Origin: an archaeon
GTDB lineage: Archaea; Iainarchaeota; Iainarchaeia; Iainarchaeales; Iainarchaeaceae
Direction of reading: 5' to 3'
Length of the DNA stretch: 13,418 nt
NCBI GenBank assembly: GCA_035289485.1
Contig: DATDXA010000052.1
Span: forward strand, 1-13,418
The notes under the pieces are model-generated. The model did not search any database, was not told where the DNA came from, and was given only the letters and a program-made list of their open reading frames with translations. The position numbers were made by a program, and so were the translations under genes. Positions 5,854 to 13,418 of this stretch are shown here, piece by piece (the stretch's first letter is position 1; every line of letters begins with the position of its first letter).

Positions 5854-6276
5854 TTGGCCCCAAGCACTCTTGTGGTTGACGCAAATATAGTAGTCGCAGC
5901 CTTGCTCAAGGATTCCACTTCTAGAAAACTCTTGTTGAGAGTCAAAAAACCAAAGCTATTCACACCAGAATTCATTAACGAGGAATTGTCAAAGTACCTC
6001 GGCGAGTTCTCCAAAAGGCTCAATGTCAAAGAAGCCGAGTTAAAGTTTGCTGTTGAGCAACTTATATTAGAATCAAAAATGGAAGTGGTTCCATTGCACG
6101 AGTACTCCGGATTTATAGCCCAAGCCACGGAAATAACCCCTGACTTGAAAGATGCCGAGTATTTCGCATTGGCACTCAAGCTCGGCTGCCCACTCTGGTC
6201 GCAGGACTCCAAACTCAAAAAACAGCCAAAGGTCAAAGTGCTTTCAACCAAAGAGCTCATTGAAAAAATGAAATAA
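5854..6276 (+). CDS. PIN-domain ribonuclease toxin (VapC-like)
   Basis: PIN acidic motifs VVDANIV, EEL, DLKDAEYFALA and LWSQDSKL. 140 aa, TTG start. Confidence 0.9.
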   Translation: MAPSTLVVDANIVVAALLKDSTSRKLLLRVKKPKLFTPEFINEELSKYLGEFSKRLNVKEAELKFAVEQLILESKMEVVPLHEYSGFIAQATEITPDLKDAEYFALALKLGCPLWSQDSKLKKQPKVKVLSTKELIEKMK

Positions 6277-6450
6277 AGATGTGATTTTATGTCAAAAAAG
6301 GTTTCGATGAAAACAGAAAAACAAAAACCGGATTTCATACAGGGCGAACTGGCATTGCGGCAATGTTGAAATTTGTGTTAATTTTCATTGCCAATCTTTG
6401 AAAATTTTCAGAAAATACCATTTAAAAAAAGAATTGAGATTTTACTATTT

Positions 6451-7194
6451 GTGAAAAAATTTGAAATAATGGAGTTTTTAGGTATCTTGGTAATAGGATT
6501 AATTTTTATTTCGGGTTGTACGTCAACCCAAACTCAACAGCAAATACAGAATCCTGGAAATTCTGCCAATAACATTCAACAAAATAACAATGATTCAATC
6601 TCTCCTGAAAAAGAGACTGACGGGAAATGTTCGATTGAATTTTCAAAAGGCCTTGAAGCATATGATAAATGTATTATTGATTTGGCTAAAACCCAGATGG
6701 ATGAAAAAAATTGTGATTTGATTAAAGAAGATGCAAGCAGTTATGGTCGTAATTATGCTCTTTTTGACAGGGATTTGTGTTTCTTGGGAGTGGCAATTGC
6801 AAAAAAAGATGGTTCACTGTGCAGTAGGATAGTAGATGCATTCTATAAGTCAAATTGTGAATCGACAGTTTCCAATAAGAGTAATTACAGCATTCAATAT
6901 TGTGATAGTGTTGGCAACGATAATAGCGCCAAAGATTTATGCCTTGCTGAGCTTGCTGCAAATTTAAAAGATGCTTCCATTTGCGGAAAAATTTCCGGTT
7001 CAGCTGCTGCACTTGTTAAACCTCAATGCTACGCAAAAGTGGCAATGGCAACAGATGATGTTAGTATCTGCGATAATTCTGGTAGCGTGAGGGATTGGTG
7101 CTATTTATACCTTGCCGAACTCAAAAAAGACAGTAGTTTATGTGACAATGTTCCAAAATCTATGCAGAATGATTGCATGCTGACCGCCAGTTAG
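6451..7194 (+). CDS. Cys-rich repeat lipoprotein
   Basis: GTG 6451 gives MKKFEIMEFLGILVIGLIFISGC (lipobox ISGC; ATG 6469 is an alternative). A Q/N-rich linker is followed by five exact C-x4-A-x4-D-x3-C repeats. Confidence 0.82.
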   Translation: MKKFEIMEFLGILVIGLIFISGCTSTQTQQQIQNPGNSANNIQQNNNDSISPEKETDGKCSIEFSKGLEAYDKCIIDLAKTQMDEKNCDLIKEDASSYGRNYALFDRDLCFLGVAIAKKDGSLCSRIVDAFYKSNCESTVSNKSNYSIQYCDSVGNDNSAKDLCLAELAANLKDASICGKISGSAAALVKPQCYAKVAMATDDVSICDNSGSVRDWCYLYLAELKKDSSLCDNVPKSMQNDCMLTAS

Positions 7195-7232
7195 ACAAAT
7201 TAGTTGTGCCATATTTTAGGGTTTGAGTTTAT

Positions 7233-7850
7233 ATGGATTATTCTTGGATTGGACGAAATGCAGATTTAGGCATTAGCGCAGCAATAGAAATATCGGCTGT
7301 ATTGGCGTTTCTGAGTCTTTCATTTCCAGTTACCGGGGCTTTGGCATTTTTTATTTTGCTTAGGCTAATTACTTGGTCGTTTGAATACCTAAAGTTCTGT
7401 GCGTTTCTTTTTTCCACGGTGAATAATTCAAGCGAAATTCAAAATACATTTATACTTGGGTTACCAATGGTTTTCGTCGGACTTTGCTGGCTGTTTAACC
7501 TTGGAATTGCATCACTTTTTTATGCGGTTACTGGTAAAATGCAAAACTTAGTGGAAATTGTTTCACTCACACCAAAGGAACTTCACCTGCAACTTGCCGT
7601 CGGCATTATTTCAGGTTTAATTTTTCTATCTTTATTTTTCATACAAAAACGTTATCAGTCAAAAATGGATTTGAGCATTTTAATTTCGGCAATCTTGATG
7701 CCGTTCACTACACTTGCAATCATTTTGATACTTATTTTACCAAGCATATTTTTGGGACCTGCACAAATAACTGCAGCACTATTTTTTATTTTAATAGTTA
7801 CAGACAAACTTGCCCTCTACTGGTTCAGAAAAAAACAAAACCACAACTAG
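7233..7850 (+). CDS. Hypothetical multi-pass membrane protein
   Basis: 205-aa ORF with about 6 hydrophobic segments, followed by a terminator-like hairpin. Confidence 0.75.
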   Translation: MDYSWIGRNADLGISAAIEISAVLAFLSLSFPVTGALAFFILLRLITWSFEYLKFCAFLFSTVNNSSEIQNTFILGLPMVFVGLCWLFNLGIASLFYAVTGKMQNLVEIVSLTPKELHLQLAVGIISGLIFLSLFFIQKRYQSKMDLSILISAILMPFTTLAIILILILPSIFLGPAQITAALFFILIVTDKLALYWFRKKQNHN

Positions 7851-7880
7851 CCAAACCAACATTATTTGGTTTGGTTTTAT
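7851..7880 (+). terminator. Hairpin + T-tract terminator
   Basis: CCAAACCAA (7851-7859) and TTGGTTTGG (7866-7874) form a perfect 9-bp stem followed by TTTTAT, immediately after the stop codon. Confidence 0.6.
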
Positions 7881-8094
7881 CTTAAACTTTAAACCAACTT
7901 ACAAGACTGAAAATTGAAAATACAATCTCTCGTAAAGGGGTGTTCAACAAAAGAAATCCATGAACAACTCAACAAGTGACCTCAACATCAAGGAACGGCG
8001 AAAATGGCAAGATTAGTCAATTTTATAAATCAAAACAGGTACAACAGCGCCCCTAAACCCTCAAAACTAAGCCTTTTAAGGCAAAAACGCCAAA

Positions 8095-8622
8095 ATGGTA
8101 GGTATGCACTCAATACGCTTTTTGACGATTTTTGCAATATTGGGGGTTTTTGCACTACTTTTGGCAGGATGCACAGAACCGCAGTCAAGCAATGTGGATG
8201 TTTTCTTCTGCCCCCAGGACCAGTGCGAGGACCGCGCAGTTGCCGCCATAGGAGCTGCGCAGACTTCGGTTGATGTTGCAATGTACTCATTCACATCAAA
8301 AGAACTCTTCTCAGAGCTTGAAAAGGCATCCGCGCGCGGAGTGAGGGTAAGAGTTGTTGCAGATTATACGCAGTCGGCTGGCCAGAGCTCGGTTGTTCCC
8401 TGGCTTGATGGGAACGGGATTCCTGCAAGGGTTTATACAAAAAGCATAACCATGCACGACAAGTTCGCGGTAATAGACAACAAAATAGTTCTCACGGGGT
8501 CGTACAACTGGACAACAAATGGGGATGAGAGAAACCGCGAGAACCTCGCGATAATAACTGATAGCGCAATCGCGGAGCAGTACAGCGAGGAATTCTTCAG
8601 GCTCTGGGCGGAAGCGGATTAG
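8095..8622 (+). CDS. Phospholipase D-family single-HKD protein (Nuc-like nuclease/PLD), predicted lipoprotein
   Basis: HxKxxxxD...GSxN motif (HDKFAVIDNKIVLTGSYNWT), 'DVAMYSFT', 'RGVRVRVV', 'N.EN', and lipobox LAGC. Confidence 0.9.
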   Translation: MVGMHSIRFLTIFAILGVFALLLAGCTEPQSSNVDVFFCPQDQCEDRAVAAIGAAQTSVDVAMYSFTSKELFSELEKASARGVRVRVVADYTQSAGQSSVVPWLDGNGIPARVYTKSITMHDKFAVIDNKIVLTGSYNWTTNGDERNRENLAIITDSAIAEQYSEEFFRLWAEAD

Positions 8623-8652
8623 AAGCAAATTAACTAAAACCCACACTCGAAA

Positions 8653-10047
8653 TTATTTCATTTCTTCAAGTATTTTCTGCACCGCGCGCGCATCCGCCTT
8701 GCCTTTCATTTTGCGCATCACGGTTCCGATTAGAAAGTTCATGGATTTTGAATTTCCCGTTTTGAATTCGGTGAAAGCAGAAGCATTTTCCGCAACCGCT
8801 TCCTTGACCGCTTTTTCCAAATCGCCAGAAGACACATCAATTAGGAGTTTATTCTTCTCCAAAAATTCCTTAGGCTCAATTCCTTCAAGAGCGTACTTTA
8901 TGAGCGATTCTTTAGCGTTCTTGTCGCTGACCTTTCCGCCCTTTAGAAGAGCCACGAGAGCTGAAATCCCCTTTGCAGTTATTTTAGTGTCCGCAAGGCC
9001 TAAGGAATTATAGTTCAGAATCCCTAGCAGCTCTCTTGAAACAATCCTTGCTGCAATCTGCACATCAACTTTGGCAGCATCCTCAAAAATCTGGGCAATG
9101 TCTTTGTTCTGCGCGAGAACCTTTGCATCGTACTCCTTCAGGCCGAATTCACCCATGAAGCGCTTCGCTTTTTCTTCTGACATTTCAGGGAGTTCTTTCC
9201 TGATTTTTTCCAGCCAACTTGCATCAATTTGCGTTGGAACCAAATCCGCATCCACAATAAACCCATAATCCTCTTCGGATTCCTTTTTCCTCAAAGTATA
9301 GGTTGTTCCGCTTGCCTCATCAAAGCCGCGCGTTTCCATTTCAATTTTCCCGCCTTCAGTTATCACAGTTTTCTGCCGCTCCAATTCGTGCAGCAATACA
9401 AGCTCCACATTTTTTGTCCCGGTGACATTCTTGACCTCAACCCTTTCTCCGCCCTTGATTGAGATGTTGGTATCGGCCTTTATTACAAATTTGCCGGAAT
9501 TGAAAATTCCAAGATAATCGACAATTAGATTCAGCTTATCAAGAAATTCTTTTGCCTCTTCTTTTGAAGATATATCAGGTTCGGTCACAACTTCACAGAG
9601 AGGAACACCGGACCTATTGTAATCTACCAAGACATACATTGAACCGTGCATTCCTGATTCATGAACCAGTGCTCCGGGGTCTTCCTCAAGATGAACTCGT
9701 CTAATTTTGATTTTTTTGCCGCTGTCAAGTGCGATGAACCCATTATTCCCAAGCGGAGCGTCATACTGGCTTATCTGAAAATTTTTGGCGAGGTCCGGGT
9801 AAAAATATGTTTTTCTCGAAAAGACAATTTCTTTTTCAACCCGGCAATTTAGGGCAAGCGCCAATTTAATGGCATAATCAACGGCTTTTTTGTTTAGAAC
9901 TGGTTTGCTGCCTGGATGCCCAAGGCAAATGGGGCAGGTGGCAGTATTTGGCTCCGCATCTTTTTGGACAATTGGGCAACTGCAAAAGAGCTTACTCTCA
10001 CAGTCCAGAGGCAGATGTAATTCGAAGCCACAGATGAATTCTCCCAT
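8653..10047 (-). CDS. gatB: Asp/Glu-tRNA amidotransferase subunit B
   Basis: GFELH, SKLFC, CPICLGHPGSKPVLN, FSRKTYFYPDL.KNFQISQY, HLEEDPG, DYNRSGVPL.EVVTEP, and a C-terminal YqeY-like domain (FLIG.VMR.MKGKAD). At 464 aa it lacks the GatE insertion. Confidence 0.96.
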   Translation of the reverse strand: MGEFICGFELHLPLDCESKLFCSCPIVQKDAEPNTATCPICLGHPGSKPVLNKKAVDYAIKLALALNCRVEKEIVFSRKTYFYPDLAKNFQISQYDAPLGNNGFIALDSGKKIKIRRVHLEEDPGALVHESGMHGSMYVLVDYNRSGVPLCEVVTEPDISSKEEAKEFLDKLNLIVDYLGIFNSGKFVIKADTNISIKGGERVEVKNVTGTKNVELVLLHELERQKTVITEGGKIEMETRGFDEASGTTYTLRKKESEEDYGFIVDADLVPTQIDASWLEKIRKELPEMSEEKAKRFMGEFGLKEYDAKVLAQNKDIAQIFEDAAKVDVQIAARIVSRELLGILNYNSLGLADTKITAKGISALVALLKGGKVSDKNAKESLIKYALEGIEPKEFLEKNKLLIDVSSGDLEKAVKEAVAENASAFTEFKTGNSKSMNFLIGTVMRKMKGKADARAVQKILEEMK

Positions 10048-10074
10048 AGGAGAATATTGCCTGATTAGATTTAA

Positions 10075-11295
10075 TTAGCTTTTTATGCCGAAAACCCTGC
10101 CATTTCGCCATCCAATTCGCTTTACTTCAACTAGCCCCAACTCAAGAAGACCCTTTATTCGTCTACCTTGAAGGTTATACCCAATCAGTTGGTCTCTTAA
10201 GTTTCCGGTTCCGATGTTAAGCAGGTACCCAAGTTCTTTTATCGTAAGATCCTGTTTTCTAAGAAGCTTCAGAATTTCTGCTTTTGTATGCCCTCGGTGG
10301 CGGTTATACCATTTTCTATTTTTTAGAGTGAAATGTTTCAAAAAAGCCGCCTGCTTTGAAGGAATGACAAAATCGCCCATGTCTTCTTTTATCATATCAA
10401 AACTTTTAACGGAAATAATTGCTGACTTTTTGTAATTCTGGACTTGGTAACCAAGTTTTTTGCACAACCTACGAGACACCTCGGTAAGACATGATTTTGG
10501 CGAGAATAATATTTCGATTCCACCATCGCCTATCCTACCTTCGTCTATAATTATCGCCTTTAACAATTCAACAAGAAATGGCCTAGGGTAAGAAAATATT
10601 TGTTCTGGGAAAACTACTTTTCCAGTCCTGAAATCCAGTATTTGAAAATATTTTTTTAGTATTTTTGGGACAATTTTTGCAACAATTACCCTCCAATGCT
10701 TTTTCAAAATTGAGTGGTCTACATCCCCAAAAGACACTTTCAATTTTACAATGAAATTATCCATTGCCTCAGGACTTTTACTTATATAGCATGCATTTCC
10801 CTTCTCCCCACCATAGCCGTCAGATAAAAAATGCGCCAATACTGCAAACGTTTCGGGAATTATCTGCAAGGGCAATTGCGGTTTTATTATTATTCCGGCT
10901 CTTGAACTAGCCTTGATTTCTTGAACCTGATTTTGCAAGGAATTTATTTCCAAACCGAGTGCATAACAGAGTTTCTTTAAGCTAGTAATATGAATGAACC
11001 GATTTACTTTACCGTGCTTTTTCAGTTCAAAACCATTTTTCCACGAATATAAGCTGCTGCCCTTGATTTTGAGCTCTTTTCTAGCTAATCCAAGAGAGCC
11101 ATATTTTTCTTCCAATTGTGAAAAGATAATTTTTCTGGCATTTTTTTCAAGAAGAATGCAAGTATCTTCAGGAAAATCTGATAAGTTCAAATAATACAAT
11201 TCCCCACCATCACAAAAGTTGTTCTTGACAATATATTGCTCTTTGCAGGGAGTGCACTGCCGGTGCGAACCTGAAGAAGAGAGGCGATGCATCAT
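10075..11295 (-). CDS. Free-standing two-motif LAGLIDADG endonuclease-family protein with N-terminal HTH and C-terminal wHTH
   Basis: LAGLIDADG helices VLAHFLSDG and LLKAIIIDEGRI, N-terminal HTH (YGSLGLARKELKIKGSSLYSWKNG), and C-terminal ArsR-like wHTH (EILKLL...LTIKELGYLLNI....LR..L...L.ELGLVE). Start is ATG 11295 (ATGA overlap) or TTG 11199. Confidence 0.82.
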   Translation of the reverse strand: MMHRLSSSGSHRQCTPCKEQYIVKNNFCDGGELYYLNLSDFPEDTCILLEKNARKIIFSQLEEKYGSLGLARKELKIKGSSLYSWKNGFELKKHGKVNRFIHITSLKKLCYALGLEINSLQNQVQEIKASSRAGIIIKPQLPLQIIPETFAVLAHFLSDGYGGEKGNACYISKSPEAMDNFIVKLKVSFGDVDHSILKKHWRVIVAKIVPKILKKYFQILDFRTGKVVFPEQIFSYPRPFLVELLKAIIIDEGRIGDGGIEILFSPKSCLTEVSRRLCKKLGYQVQNYKKSAIISVKSFDMIKEDMGDFVIPSKQAAFLKHFTLKNRKWYNRHRGHTKAEILKLLRKQDLTIKELGYLLNIGTGNLRDQLIGYNLQGRRIKGLLELGLVEVKRIGWRNGRVFGIKS

Positions 11296-11640
11296 TCATC
11301 GCCTCCGAACTCTTGCAGAATCCACAGTTCCCTGTCTGTGAGTTCCTCTCCGTGCTCATAGGAGAGCATTGCATTTAGTATCTCCCTTCTGTTTGGGAGC
11401 TGAATATTTTCGATTTTCATGAGCCAACCACCTCCAAAGGGTTGAATTTTTTCGTGGACGTCTCTGCTGCTTTTGGAGGCATTAAATATTTAGGCTCAGC
11501 CGACCCATCCCAAGATGGGTAAATGTTTAAGCCGAGAAAAGCAGAGTCCTTCGAAAAAATTCCTTAGGGAGGTGGTTGTGGAAATTGCTTGCCAAAATGA
11601 ATTAACCGTATTTTACAAAGGGCTCTTTGTGTAATTGGCA
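11248..11640. ncRNA. Putative structured RNA / cis-element, copy 2 (LAGLIDADG-associated)
   Basis: Contains the 20-nt motif shared with 2969-2988, local hairpins (11281-11305, 11323-11340, 11346-11366, 11382-11399), and a long hairpin 11411-11587 with the same apex as copy 1. Confidence 0.55.
11292..11420 (-). CDS. Small 42-aa acidic leader ORF (not in ORF track)
   Basis: MKIENIQLPNRREILNAMLSYEHGEELTDRELWILQEFGGDE*. SD GGAGGTG (11435-11429) lies 8 nt upstream of ATG 11420. Its TGA overlaps ATG 11295 of the LAGLIDADG ORF. Confidence 0.55.
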   Translation of the reverse strand: MKIENIQLPNRREILNAMLSYEHGEELTDRELWILQEFGGDE

Positions 11641-11654
11641 AATAAGCCGAGTTA

Positions 11655-12524
11655 CTATGAAATTACTACTGTTTGTAGTATGATGAATATGACTATCCAA
11701 ATTAGTATTAGCGCAAATTCTAAAAACATTAAAATTTTTGCTAACAGCGCAGTTTTTGTTCCATCCACTTCAGGGGTTATATGTTTTAAGGCAAAGAAAC
11801 TCAGAATTGGCTGTAACAAAACAACGGCCATTAGCGCTATTGGCGCAAAAATTGTGAAAATGAAGGTAAGGATGTAGGCTAAAATCCACAGTGCGAGTTT
11901 TGCAATGTAGAATTTCTTTTTGGAAAATCCCTTTACTAAAATAGGTAATACCAAATAAGTTGCTGCTATCAGCAAAATCAATAAAAGCGAAAACAGAAAA
12001 CCCGCAAAGTTTGTGTTCCCTGCAACAGATGGGTTAAGTGCCGGTCCTGGTGTTGTATCTCCAAGCACAACCAAACAGGCTCTTTCGGTTTTTGTCAAAT
12101 CAAAGGCGCAATCGTTCTTCAAATCAACGAATTGAAAATTAGGGTTATTGTAAGATGAAAGATCACCTTCGAATTCATTCATGCGGTCGCAGATAACTGT
12201 AGTGCTGACACGATAATTTCCGAGAGGCTGGATTATCCTGCCTTTTTCAATGATTTTGAATGTGTTTTCTGTCTTATTTTTTCCAATCGAAATGCAAACT
12301 TGTTCACTTGATAGGACTTTCGAATTTTTTGCAATAATATATGAGGAAAGATTACTGTCACTGTAAACAACCGCATTTGAATCGTTTGGAATTCCAAGTT
12401 GGTTTATTGTCATTTTGATTTCGTTAGCAAAAAACTCATTCCCTCCAATTTGCGCTATTGGCGTTCCAAGAACAAACGAAAAAAGCAGTACAAGACAAAT
12501 TGAGAAATAAAGGTAATTTTTCAT
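11655..12524 (-). CDS. Hypothetical membrane protein (signal peptide, extracellular Cys-containing domain, 3-4 C-terminal TM helices)
   Basis: 289-aa ORF with an N-terminal signal, a soluble domain with 4 Cys, and a hydrophobic C-terminus. Confidence 0.78.
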   Translation of the reverse strand: MKNYLYFSICLVLLFSFVLGTPIAQIGGNEFFANEIKMTINQLGIPNDSNAVVYSDSNLSSYIIAKNSKVLSSEQVCISIGKNKTENTFKIIEKGRIIQPLGNYRVSTTVICDRMNEFEGDLSSYNNPNFQFVDLKNDCAFDLTKTERACLVVLGDTTPGPALNPSVAGNTNFAGFLFSLLLILLIAATYLVLPILVKGFSKKKFYIAKLALWILAYILTFIFTIFAPIALMAVVLLQPILSFFALKHITPEVDGTKTALLAKILMFLEFALILIWIVIFIILQTVVIS

Positions 12525-12586
12525 GTAATTAGTATCAATTCCCAGAAGTTAATACTTTCCATAGGCACTAGGCGACAATTAACCAT

Positions 12587-13354
12587 TCAAACCCTCTCCA
12601 GATGCTTCAAAATGCCTTCGTGCAAAACCTTGTTCGTTGCAAGGAAATGCCCAGAATTTAACCCGGCTTCCTCGCCATTTATGTCAGTTACCCTTCCGCC
12701 CGCTTCGCGAACTATTAGCATTGCCGCGGCTACATCCCAGGGCTTCAAATCATACTCAAAAAACCCGTCGCAAATCCCATGCGCAACAAAGCACATATCC
12801 AAGGAAGCCGACCCAAATCGCCTAATATCCTGGCAGTTGTCCCTTAGGGCAATTATTGATTTGTAGGTCTTCTCCTTGAGGCTCTCACTTTCATAAGGAA
12901 AGCCGCTCACAAGAAGCGATTGCAGCATATCCGAAGTTTTGGAAACGTGAATCTTGTTCTTGTTAAGGAACGCGCCTTTGCCAAGCTGCGCGGAGTACAA
13001 ATTCTTTGTAACGGGGTTGTATACGCAGCCGCACTGCACAATCCCATTTTTTACAAATGCCACCGAAACAGCGAACTGCTCAACTCCGTGGAAGAAATTC
13101 GTGGTCCCGTCAATCGGGTCAATTACCCAGAGGTTTTGCTGATCGCCATGCATTCCGCCTTCCTCTCCTAAAAATCCGTGCGAAGGGAAATCATTTGCAA
13201 TCACTGCCCTGATTTTCTTTTCGCACTCAACATCGGCCTTTGTAACAATGCTGCGGTCGCTTTTGAAATCGGCTCCGATGCCTGTTCTGAAATATTTCAT
13301 CGCAATATCCCCTGCGCGGATGCATGCAAGCTTTGCGGTTTCGATTTCGTTCAT
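12587..13354 (-). CDS. suhB: Inositol monophosphatase family protein (IMPase/FBPase)
   Basis: Motifs VTKAD..CE, GEE, WVIDPIDGTTNF, RRFGSASLD.C.VA.G..DGF.E..LKPWDVAA..LIV.EAGG. GGAGG SD upstream. Confidence 0.93.
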   Translation of the reverse strand: MNEIETAKLACIRAGDIAMKYFRTGIGADFKSDRSIVTKADVECEKKIRAVIANDFPSHGFLGEEGGMHGDQQNLWVIDPIDGTTNFFHGVEQFAVSVAFVKNGIVQCGCVYNPVTKNLYSAQLGKGAFLNKNKIHVSKTSDMLQSLLVSGFPYESESLKEKTYKSIIALRDNCQDIRRFGSASLDMCFVAHGICDGFFEYDLKPWDVAAAMLIVREAGGRVTDINGEEAGLNSGHFLATNKVLHEGILKHLERV

Positions 13355-13416
13355 TTCAGCGCCTCCATCACAACAGTTCCGGCTGTTGGGTACGGATGTC
13401 CCGTCTGCGACGGGAC
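13351..13416 (-). CDS. Possible 3' end of an upstream ORF truncated by the window edge
   Basis: Open frame ...VPSQTGHPYPTAGTVVMEALK* ends in an ATGA overlap with suhB. Too short to identify. Confidence 0.35.
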   Translation of the reverse strand, partial: VPSQTGHPYPTAGTVVMEALK

Positions 13417-13418
13417 GC

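Noticed and set aside
5514..6338. 274-aa minus-strand ORF
   Set aside because: It is the antisense shadow of the well-supported antitoxin/PIN genes and is Ser/Phe-rich.
7960..8016. 18-aa ORF MNNSTSDLNIKERRKWQD in the intergenic gap
   Set aside because: Too short, no properly spaced SD and no recognisable similarity.
11238..11629. GCTCTTTG direct repeat (11238-11245 and 11622-11629) as a target-site duplication
   Set aside because: It is only 8 bp and has no equivalent around copy 1, so it may be chance.
11578..11634. 18-aa + strand ORF after the mirrored GGAGGTG (GTG GAA ATT...TAA)
   Set aside because: The SD is explained as the complementary arm of the hairpin, and copy 1 has no equivalent start codon.
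1..13418. CRISPR array, transposase or integrase
   Set aside because: No regularly spaced repeats and no transposase or recombinase motifs were seen in any ORF.

Overview
Archaeal chromosomal segment, probably DPANN (inferred from the BHB-intron tRNA, the A1-U72 tRNA-Gln, GGAGGTG Shine-Dalgarno (SD) sites and DPANN-type proteins). It carries tRNA-Gln(UUG), an intron-containing tRNA-Ile(GAU), gatB, a SuhB-family inositol monophosphatase, a GT2 glycosyltransferase, a double-wHTH regulator with a membrane partner, a VapBC-like pair, a Cys-repeat lipoprotein, a PLD/Nuc-like lipoprotein and several membrane proteins. The main observation is two divergent free-standing HTH-LAGLIDADG genes (1873-2991 and 10075-11295, both minus strand), each preceded by a related ~400-460 bp element. 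The two elements share a 20-nt motif (GGGAGTNCNNTGCCGGTGCG) and a ~180-nt imperfect hairpin whose CCAA-loop apex shows compensatory changes. In each, the hairpin pairs with a GGAGGTG SD that starts unannotated small ORFs, which are coupled by stop/start overlaps to the nuclease ORF. This looks like an undescribed structured-RNA/leader-peptide module linked to LAGLIDADG genes. Its function and its novelty cannot be established from the sequence alone.
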